Source: Diadema antillarum (taxonomy: Eukaryota). From it: a stretch of DNA of 64,000 bases. The notes under the pieces were generated by a model, which saw only the letters and a list, made by a program, of their open reading frames with translations, had not been told where the DNA came from and made no database searches. Location: positions 186,001 through 250,000 of the forward strand of contig NW_027271853.1 in the NCBI RefSeq assembly GCF_040938485.1, given 5' to 3'. Of the stretch, positions 50,872 through 60,923 are shown in pieces; position 1 is the stretch's first letter, and every line of letters begins with the position of its first letter. The translations under genes were made by a program, and so were the position numbers.

Positions 50872-51212
50872 AAACAAGAAAGGGAAAACTGACCAGAAAC
50901 AAATGATAATAAACAGTGAAAACTATGAGCATAGAAAATGGGTTTTCATCGGCATTCGAGCCCGAGACCTCCGGATTACTAGACCGGTGCTCTATCCGAC
51001 TGAGGTATTGAAAGCCCTAGATCGGTGTTCGTCCCAAAACCTTAACTCTCTTTGCTCGTGTGGTCAGAAGCTATAGTGTGTGTATGTGTGCCACACACAC
51101 ACACATTAACCTCACATAGACCTAAAGGACGTAAATCAACTTTGGAATAAATGCGAGGGATCACCGAAGCGATGCAGCTTTTTATTTTTTGTAATATATC
51201 CCTTTCTTGTTT

Positions 51213-51216
<4 letters not shown>
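50872..51216. mobile_element. About 345-bp TIR-bounded element carrying a tRNA-like cassette, inserted in (TA)n
   Basis: AAACAAGAAAGGG (50872) and CCCTTTCTTGTTT (51200-51212) are perfect 13-bp inverted repeats; the paralogous site at about 37045-37097 is a plain (TA)n tract. Confidence 0.85.
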
Positions 51217-51260
<44 letters not shown>

Positions 51261-51364
51261 TCATGTACATAATATTTGCGGGGGGGGGGGGAGGAGATGA
51301 GGGGTTGTCTCTTGTAATCTTACCCTATGGCTTCAGTCTGTGAGAATCTAATGGGTGCAATCAG

Positions 51365-52324
51365 TTATGATATATATGACTCAAAACGGCTTCTGAGATC
51401 ACTAAATGCCTCTCGAAACAAACGATCCCTGTAGCCGTAGATGACCGGATTAACAACAGAATTTATGCACACACTGATGATGCCAACTTGGGCAAGAGCG
51501 GATTGATGATAGTCGTTCAACTGCGAAAGTTCGATACCCATCTGTATTTCATTGGGGATACAACACATAATAAAGATGAAAACAATCATTGAAAATGTTT
51601 GCGCCGCTTTGAAATTCTTGATCATTACTTTGCGATTACCACGATTCCTTCCAAAAGCATCGTTCACCTGAAATATAACGCGGGACTGTTTGGAAGCAAT
51701 TTGTAAAATACGCGCGTTGATACCCGTCAACGTAAGGTGTAAAAGAATCATACTAACAAGCAAACTCAGATTCATGACCCACAAATTGGAGTCAGCAACG
51801 TGTTTTCCCGGGCACTTAATAGTTATCACTTTTGCGTCTTTGGCCGCGAGCAAGTAAGATCGGGTTAGGAGGAACGCGCTTTGTATAATGCACGTGCATG
51901 CGAGCACGCATTGGACGCGCTTGGTAGTCACTATGGTGGCATAGCGCAGTGGTCTAGTGATAGCGATGTAGCGATCGGCAGAGACTGCGATTATCTGGAC
52001 AAAAGACACGCCGCTTAAGATCATTATTGGTGCTGTGAAGAAAATCCAAGCAAAGGAATCACAACTTGTAGTAGTGGAGAGGTTGAAATAAAGATAGAAG
52101 GGAATGCCGATCGATCCGATAAGGAAATCGGACATAGCAAGACTTGCAATGATGAGGTATGTTGGAGTCCGCAGACGATGGTATCTGTAAACTGCAAATA
52201 CCACTAAGCCGTTTCCAACAATGTTGCCAACTATCATTGGCAACAAGCAAATCAAGAGCAAGGCAGTATTCAGTGGGGTAACTACAGTGCTGTTTGCCTG
52301 TGTAGTGTCTACTGCATCCGCCAT
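51365..52324 (-). CDS. Class A GPCR type A, unit 3 (319 aa)
   Basis: 7-TM ORF with LRTPTY, LAMSD, DRY, KAAQT, CCIP, NPVIY. Confidence 0.95.
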   Translation of the reverse strand: MADAVDTTQANSTVVTPLNTALLLICLLPMIVGNIVGNGLVVFAVYRYHRLRTPTYLIIASLAMSDFLIGSIGIPFYLYFNLSTTTSCDSFAWIFFTAPIMILSGVSFVQIIAVSADRYIAITRPLRYATIVTTKRVQCVLACTCIIQSAFLLTRSYLLAAKDAKVITIKCPGKHVADSNLWVMNLSLLVSMILLHLTLTGINARILQIASKQSRVIFQVNDAFGRNRGNRKVMIKNFKAAQTFSMIVFIFIMCCIPNEIQMGIELSQLNDYHQSALAQVGIISVCINSVVNPVIYGYRDRLFREAFSDLRSRFESYIS

Positions 52325-52493
52325 ATCGTCACTTTGAAAAAGTCAGTTAAGTCTTTCCACAAGATCCAAATTCGATGGTCACCAGCACTGAAAGCAATCT
52401 GTCGCGCAATCTAGCTTAGCGGCAATATCTTAAGTGGTGTAACTCTCCTTTTCATTAACTCGAGTTCATGTGCACACATCTCTCCTGAGGTGG

Positions 52494-52529
52494 GAATGAA
52501 TACGTTTGACTAGTGCGGTAGCCTTTATA
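52494..52529 (-). promoter_or_regulatory. Putative TATA box plus initiator for the unit-3 type A receptor
   Basis: Minus strand TATAAAG starting at 52529 and TCATTC with A+1 at 52497 (TATA at -32). Confidence 0.55.
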
Positions 52530-54644
52530 AGACTCGAGGTGAACAAAATACTTCGTGCTATGATGTCGAGGGTTGGGGAGTGTTCAGTTGCACTTCCAAT
52601 CAACTGATTGGTGTCCCCAGGTCACTCACGTACTTCACCTTTTAATATGCTGATATGTCAATCATGTTCCTTTCCCTCCTTCATATAGATATGTTTACCA
52701 TGACGTTGTCATTGACAATTATAGGTTCATATATCACTTGACTTATTATCTGTGGTTATTGGCAATACAAATTTATTTCGTCTGATGACAAATAACGTAT
52801 ATTTCAGAAGCTACATTTGTTTTCCCCGGGTCTCAATCAAGCAAGTGGATGGATCGAGCAAACAATGTGCGAGAGCTAAGGCTATCAGAGTTAAAATATC
52901 ATTATAAGGACTTACGGAAGTTAGTGAAAAGGAAACTTCATCAACTGAGGGGACAGGGAGATTTTATGGAAATACTAGGCAGTATTAAGAATCATCGTTT
53001 TCTCAACTAGTCATTGAAAAGTTCATAGGTCTAATTCAAGTGTAATGTCCGTCATATATCAGTGATTACGTGAAACAAACGACAATGTATTTAAGCAAAT
53101 CTTTCTTGCTGTATTTGTGCTGCATGGAGGAAGTAGCTAGTACCTGTATACGTTTTAAGACATTTTCTGAGGAAATTAGGCCTACATGCTAGTAAGATGA
53201 CCCCTAGTGAACGTGTATACGCTTACAAAAATATTGACTGATTATGGAAACCGAGCGTATAGATGAATAATTCGTGAAAGGAAGGAAACCTCCTTAAATT
53301 TGAGAGCACTTGCGACTATGAAAGGCCTAATGAGTAAAAGCAGTATATCTATCAGCTCTATAATTATTTTATTATGAAATGTTATGTTACTGCTTATCAC
53401 ATTTTCAATTTCAATTTCAATTTCAGATCATTTTCGTATTTCTTCATGAAATATACATGACATATGACAAAATTAGATGATACATAATGTCCAGCTTGCA
53501 AGTGAAGAGATGAGGTGTGAAGATTGATGCTACACAGGATTCCTATATGCGATTTTGTGGATAACAACTATACCATACAGGTAAAGACACGGGTAGAATA
53601 TTTGAGTAGAAATAGATTATTTCATTGATAAGAGGAGAGTGAGGAAGTAATGGATACACTGACTGTGTGTGTGAGAGAGAGAGAAATAGGATGCGGTTGT
53701 GCATTAAGTAAGAGATGAAACTGTGTAATAATACCGTCCTGTGTAGAAAGTGGCAAATCATTAGGGTATGTATATAATGAAAAAAAAAAATGAACTCGAT
53801 GTGGTTCGTCTCTGTGGCATCGTATTAATCTTGGCTAAGAAAATCTTCCCAGCTGGACTGCTTCGCGCAAGGAATCGGTGTATAGTTCCATGCACAATGT
53901 CGTGTGATTGTAATTGCCAGTAATGAAGGACGTGTGCAGCACTGGAAAATAGACCTCAAGTTTAGCGCAAAAATCATTTGTTACAAACGCTTACCGACGC
54001 GCAATTTTTTATCACTTATTTCTGAAAAAACAACAACTTCTAGTTCGTTTAGGAATGGTTTGCCACGAACATACCTCCGGACATCTTGGATTTTGAGCAA
54101 GTTCTCTATGTACCCAACAGGTATCCACCCAAAAGGTACATAAATATGTCGTTTTATAAATCAAATAACGCACATGTTTAATTTCGTGACTATAGAAGTG
54201 ATGCAGCTCACTGTAGGGTATTCACCATGTCCTGCAGCATAATTATACAGTACTACGCTGCGCCTCGTACACGCGCCACCAACTGACCATTGTAAATACC
54301 CACGAGTGTGTTGCATCTGCACGAACGCAGCCTCGCCTGTGCATTATTTGTAAAACACGGCTTTGCTTGGAACGGAATGAATTATGTTGTGTATAGTAAT
54401 TAATATCATTATATTATTTTACATGCATGCATGTACGGGTGTCCGTTTAAAGGCACCTTGACACGTATAGTTAAGTAACAATTATACAAGGGTTGCGTAG
54501 CTGATTGGCACAGTTGCAAAGTTGTGCAGGTCTTGTGTTTCGTTTCATTTCGTTTTGTATGTATGTTTGTTTGTTTGTTTGTTTGTTGTTGTTGAGTTTT
54601 TTTTTCTTGGGAGAGGGACGGGCGTTCTGATTGGTTAAAAACCT

Positions 54645-54729
54645 TACATCCATTCCATGGCTATACAACCATGTTGCACGGTTGTACATCCATTCCATGG
54701 CTATACAATCATGTTGCACGGTTGTACAT
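54645..54729. repeat. 40-bp tandem duplication
   Basis: TACATCCATTCCATGGCTATACAA(C/T)CATGTTGCACGGTTG twice. Confidence 0.9.
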
Positions 54730-55192
54730 GTTAATGGCATCAACCGCCCGCAATACCCGCTTCTTCAGTGATCGCGAAGATGATGCAAAATAACGCACGT
54801 TATCACCTGGGTTTTCTGCCTGCCCACTTTTGGACGGGGAGGGTGCTTCAGACCGGGGGGGGGGGGGGGGGAGGGGGGTGTACAGATCTTTTATAGATCT
54901 TTGGATGCTCGCACGGGCAATTCCCTTCGGTAGTTTATGTGTCAGCCGGACGGGTATTATAATCGGCCCTTTCGTGTATTATGCTGGTTGCAAATGGTGG
55001 AAAGTGTTTTCCGAACCTTTTCATGTAATACTTTTACTTGTAATTTAGCATTTTATACATAATGCATACGTGAATTTTTTTTTTTGATTTTGTATTGAGT
55101 TTGTAAGCCATGTGTGGTGCATTTTTTTCTCCCTTCTTTTGGACTTACTTTTGTATTCAATTTTGTATTACTGTATTTTGTATCTTTTTTAA

Positions 55193-55756
55193 AGGACAAG
55201 TTCACCTTCATAAACATAAGGATTGAGAGAATGTAGCAATATTAGTAGAACACATCATTGAAAGTTTGAGGAAAATAATCCGTTCAAAAGTTATGAATTT
55301 TTGAAGTTTTTGTGCAGTACCCGCTGGATGAGAAGACTACTGCAGTGTATGAATATCTTAGATGTCACATGCGTACAACAATATAAGGAAAATATAAAGA
55401 GAATTTCACAAAATTCCATCTTTTGAAAAAAGTACACATTCCCCTGACTCGTTACCGATAAATGTTATGGGTAATATTATTCCCCCTGCCTTTAGAAAGA
55501 GGCAAGTCAATTGCTCTTTTATTATGCGAAAAAAGTGAAAATATGTTGAATTTTCTTTTATATTTCCTTTATACTGTTGTACGCATATGACTCACAAGCT
55601 GTAGTAGTCTCCTCATCCAGCGGTTCCAACACAAAAATTTAAAAAATTCATAACTTTTGCATCGATTGTCCAATTTTCCTCAAACTTTCACTGATGTGTT
55701 CTACTAATATTGTTGCATTTTCTCAATCCTTATGTTTATGAAGGCGAACTTGTCCT
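55193..55756. mobile_element. 564-bp Kolobok-like MITE, TTAA TSD
   Basis: Same TIRs and body as 32164-32735; independent insertion site flanked by TTAA. Confidence 0.88.
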
Positions 55757-55774
55757 TTAATGCAGTGCCTCTTT

Positions 55775-55990
55775 GTTTTTTAACTGAAAGGGCTGTCCTG
55801 TGAAAATGAAACGGAGTAAATAGATAAATGAATGAATAAATAAATAAATAGAATAAATAAACGCAGCCTTGCTTGTACATTATCAGTTTTTTAACTGAAA
55901 GGGCTGCCCTGTAAAAATAAAACGGAGTATATAAATAAATGAATAAATAAATACATAAACAAAATAAGTAAACGCAGCCTCGCCTGTGCA
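55775..55990 (+). repeat. Two-copy tandem repeat (about 111 bp) with (TAAA)n-rich segments
   Basis: TTTTTTAACTGAAAGGGCTG at about 55776 and 55887, each followed by AATAAAT-rich runs and AAACGCAGCC. Confidence 0.7.
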
Positions 55991-56837
55991 CGTGATCACA
56001 TGGTTTTGTTTTGTTTTGTTTTGTTTTTTTGGTTTGCGCTGGAGCACTTTGTTACATGTCTATATACATCTAATTTTTTTTTCATTTGACACTGTTATTT
56101 TGAAGCATTCAGAGTTTAATTGGTTTTGTTTTGTTTTGTTTTAAATTTAGGCGAGGCGTATTAGGCTGCTGAACAGTCAGACTAAAATCAGCTAAAATGA
56201 TATGTTTTCTATATACTACATGCAAGTTTCTTATCTCATTTGCCATTCGGTCATATTTTGCATTGATCAGTTTCATTGCTATTTTTCGATAGACCAATAT
56301 CAAGGTCATATTATATAGCTTTCCATATTGTACCACTTGTACATATTTAGATGTTGTCGTAGCATCACTTTCCAATCAAAAAGTCTTGCTTTATACTATT
56401 AAATCCTTCCATCTTGCTCTCATGCAAGCAATCGCTAGTTTATCTTGAAGAAAAGTCCACCCAAGAAGGTGAACTAAAGCAAAGATATCATCACTATTAC
56501 CAATTGGAAAAAAAAAACACTATGTGAATGCAAGGAACAAATGTATATGTTATTGTGAGTTCACCACATCTAAGGCAGTAATTTTCGAATCATCCCCTTA
56601 CCTTTGTTAAATAAGTAAGGATATGTATTTCATCCAAAGACTTTGTCAGAATGATAATTTAGTTTAGCGCATGTTTACTCAACGCATGTGACCTTCTTAT
56701 CATTTTAATGACCACGGTTTGCTTTGAGTTTTGCGCCTTTTGTGATATAACCGGTAAGTCATTATTTAGAGTGTAAATGAACATTTTTCCAAACAGTTGA
56801 AGTAGTACACATTGTTTATAATAGAAACAAGTCTACA

Positions 56838-58293
56838 CAGTCAGTCCGCAGCGTGTGCGATAATGAGGCACGAACGACAATTTTATTCAGAATCACGTTT
56901 ACGCAGTTTGTGCCCTTGAGACTGACGAGATTTCGCGATACTTTGCGAGAGTTTTGCAGAGGTCGTAACAACAGCTTTCATAGCTTTCGCAGTGCATTGT
57001 TTGACCCAGGATGGTTAATTAAGTTATAGAGCTGATTATGCTCATTAATTTGATACCTAATTTCCCTATTTTTGATGTCAATATAGTAGTTCATTTTAGC
57101 ATCAAAGTATATTAGTTTGCCAATGTTCAAGAAGCTTTTAGATCATAGTTTGATGTTTTGCTAGTTCCTGACTGGTATTGAAAATAGATCTCCGTAATTT
57201 CTTCGATTTCACACTCGTGAAACTTGAGCGAGTATGATCAATTAAAAAACGAAGAGGGGCACCATTTTTAAGGTTGTGAATTTTCCTGTTGAAAACAAGG
57301 CAAATTATGTTTTCTTATTGGAAGTGGGGTGGTGAAAGAACACGCGTGGAATGTGTTGTTGATACCCAGACAATGGTCGTGGACAATGGCCAGGATTGAA
57401 ATGTTTCATGAGGAATTCCACTATCGCAGCTAGTCTTTGTTCATTCTGAAATGTGGTGTGTGCAAGCACATGGAAACATGTGCTTACTTATTTCATGTGC
57501 ATGCATTTCACCCTGTGTCAAGAATTCAGACTAGCAGTGCTCGGGGCAATCCACATGAATAATTGATTAAGCATTCATGTGCCTTGCAGCAGAGCTCGGG
57601 ACAGGTGGCAGCCAGGTCCATTGTTCAGGGTCATTGTAAGTGCACACTCACATACAGATCATTGGTTCCTGTGTAAAGTTCAAGTTTTGTATAGAGAGTG
57701 AAAATTCGATCACAATCTGGAACCTAACATTTAAAACTCACAGCATTGAGTCAGCAGCCAATGGATACTACGCAATGCGACACGCCGCGTCTTGCGACAG
57801 ATTTCGACCAATCACAGACCCGGAATTCCGGTGCGAATGCGAGGATAATCTTTTTAAACTCGACGCTAGACATGTCTCTGAATTTTGCTAGTTCCTGACC
57901 CGTATTGAAATGAAGATAGGAAAAGGTGCCCTTATTGTGATACTATATACTTTAGCGGACATAGTCTTCACCATATTTTAGAGGGGCATGAAAGATTTCA
58001 GGTTAGTTTTTTTGGCGTCAAACGTGAAGGAATATTTTTGAATACAATACCGAACTTCGAGAGGGATTTTGATATTCTATATTCTTCTTTTCTGTTTATT
58101 TTGATCATGAGCATATTTGCTTATGTTCTCTCTTTGAGTCGATACTAAAAGTGTCGAAAACTGACGAGAAATACTCGTTCTACACGGATTTATTCATGAC
58201 CATGTATCTGCTCATTACGTATGCAAGCACCGCTCAGCCGTGCATACGACTTGAATAAATACGTGCTTTTTCGCTCGCGCTGCGGACTGACTG
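56838..58293. mobile_element. 1456-bp non-autonomous TIR element with CAG termini at a TA site (Tc1/mariner-like ends)
   Basis: CAGTCAGTCCGCAGCG ... CGCTGCGGACTGACTG 16-bp perfect TIR; absent from units 1 and 2 (about 27385, 44645); no transposase ORF. Confidence 0.8.
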
Positions 58294-58925
58294 TACAGTA
58301 CTTGCCTATTAACTTTAAAAGGGAACTTTCGCAAGCACGACGCTACCGCTAGTTGAGCTTGCCGCGTGCAAAACTTGCTTCTGCGCATGCTCAAATCAAA
58401 AACAAAAAACAAAAAGAACCTCCGGTGTTGGGAAAAACGAGAACGTTTCTCGGCCAAAATAGCGTCCGGTCCCAATGCTGGACACTATTTGGGCAGCCAG
58501 CCAACAAGCGATTTTATCCCTAAAGCTGCGTCCACACAGAAAAGCGAAACTGCCAAGAAATGGGGATGAGAGTGCGAGTGTGGGGACCATAACAGCTGAT
58601 CGCTTCCGCGTCCTTTCGATCTTTCCGTCATTAAAACATAGCGAAATATCGTTATTGTCGTTATCAAATTCGCAAGTTTCGTTTTCTATCGCACTGTTCA
58701 GTATAAGCAAGGAGTTATATACCATCGTAACTCCTTGGGATAAGTGTATTCATTCACGTAGGTATGTACCATTATACAGACATAGAATCATTAAAAACAC
58801 TTCTACACTATAGAAGTTGATTAAGTATTGCTCGCGGTATTGATATTGCGTTTATCATCGTATTTGTCATTATCTTACCCTATTCTGTTCTGCCTGGTAG
58901 CTAATATCATAATGGATGTCTTAAG

Positions 58926-60892
58926 TCATAAAATTAATGCTGTAAGACTTATTTTCAGATTATTGAGAGCCTCGCGAATCAAACGATCTCTGTAGCCGTA
59001 GATGATCGGATTGACAGCCGAATTTATGGCAAGACTGATGATGTTGCCTTGGGCAAGAACGGATGATAGACTATATACCTGTTCAATGGCGATGATTCGA
59101 CACCGAACGAAATTCGAGTAGGGAGAAAACAAATAATAATGATAATAATAAGTACAGCATTTGTAATGCGCCATCGATCTAGTAACCTATTCTAAGGCGC
59201 AGAGGAAAATGATTATAAAAAGAATAACATACATTATAGTCATAGTTGTACATAAGAAGGTTGAAGAAGAAGAAAGAGATAGATAGAAATATATACCCGA
59301 TGAGCAATTCAATGAAAACGCAACCAAAACAAGATGCAAACATATGACTTCAGAAGCTTTTTAAATGTTTCAATGGTTTCAGCTGATCGGATCCTCAGTG
59401 GAAGAGCGTTCCAGAGAGATGGGGCTGCAGAAACAAAGACTTTTTCTCCGAGAGTCGAGATTGTTCTTTTAACTATTAATTGTTTACTATTACATGAACG
59501 GAGATTTCTGCCAGGGACGTATTCTGAAATAAGGTTTTGCAAATATTTTGGAGCTGAAGAATGTACTGCTTTCCATGTATGACGAAGAATTTCAAACTCT
59601 ATCCTCTTGGATCCATTTTAACCAGTGAAGATTTTTAATAACCGGAGTAATGCTGGAGAAGCGAGAAGTTCCACTGAAGATCCGAGCAGCAGAGTTCTGA
59701 GCACGCTGTAGTTTGGCCAGTTGGTAAGATGAAGCCTTGAAGAATAATGCATTTAATTCTATAATCTATACGAGACAAATCATACGAATGAATAAAAGAG
59801 GCTGCAAATTTGTGTGATAATGATTTCCTGATACTGTGAATATTGCGTACTTGCAAATATACAGATCGACACGTGTTTGTAATGTGTGTCGCCATCGACA
59901 TTTCAGGGTCAAAATAAACTCCCAGATTCCTACAATTTGATACAGATTGTACGTTAACACGTCCAATTCGTAATGAATGATTACGGACCTTAGCTGCCAG
60001 ATGTTTTGAGGCAATTATCATAAATTCACTTTTTTATCATTCAGTTTGAGTTTGTTCCGTATCATCCAAGCCCTCATATCATCAATACATGGTTCAAGTC
60101 TATGTCTGGTAGAGGCTTCGCTTAAAGGATCAGATGGATCGAATGAGGTGTACAGCTGGGTGTCATCGGCGTAAAGATGTATATGGATGCCATGGGTCCT
60201 TGCGATCTCTGCGAGAGGACTTGCATAAATGCTGAAGAATGACGGGCCCAAAACAGATCCTTGGGGGACTCCATACAGAAGTTCAGCGGAGGATGACATG
60301 CACTCATTGATCCTGACTACCTACGAATGGTTACACAAATAAGAAGATATCCATGCAAGAGCAGATCCTTTCACACCTATTGAACGAAACCTTGTGATAA
60401 GAATATCCTTGTCAATGGTGTCGAAAGCTGCTGACATATCAAGGAGCACCAAGAAAACCGCTTGCTTCTTGTCAAGTGCTTGACGTATATCATTATGGAC
60501 TTTTATCAGGGCAGATTCGGTGCTATGATGCCTTTTATAAGCAGATTGAAGTGGTTCACTTAAATCATTCAGTTCTAAATATTCTTGAAGACTATGGGCT
60601 TCGACTCTTTCCAAAACTTTCGAAATAAACTTGAGATTGCAACTGATTGACAATCAGTTGCAATGAAAACATCTCGACGGAAGAAATTAATGAATTTGGA
60701 AAAACTTGAGATTGCACACTGGTCTGTAGCTATTGAGGGTGTCGGGGTCTAAACCGTGCTTCTTCAGCAGAGGTCGAACGACAGCTTGTTAGATAAAAAG
60801 ATCTTTTAATAGTAAAGATAAAAACTATAATACAGATGGTTTGGGTCCCTTTAGAATTACAAGTATCTCGTGGGAACTTCATAGTTATCACA
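58926..60892 (-). pseudogene. Class A GPCR type B, unit 3; split by a LINE in TM6 and with its 5' part deleted
   Basis: 58926-59131 encodes the TM6 end, TM7 and helix 8; 60808-60853 continues in frame (KGTQTICIIVFIFTI|CFLPTR); an ECL2 remnant at about 60860-60892 joins directly to the type C downstream flank. Confidence 0.88.
59132..60807 (-). mobile_element. 5'-truncated L2-clade LINE (ORF2 RT and C-terminal region), disrupted
   Basis: KQAVVRPLLKKHGLDPDTLNSYRPV, QSAYKRHHSTESAL, LLDMSAAFDTID, YGVPQGSVLGP, YADDTQLY, APSLWNALP; 3' GCGCC...GGCGC stem and (TTA)n-like tail. Confidence 0.92.
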
Positions 60893-60923
60893 GTCAGTGT
60901 ATTGATCTAACGGCGGAATCCAG

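Noticed and set aside
5571-52324. Annotation as adrenergic, histamine, trace-amine or adenosine receptors
   Set aside because: No Asp3.32 or Trp6.48, and the tandem single-exon expansion fits a lineage-specific family; the similarity is generic class A
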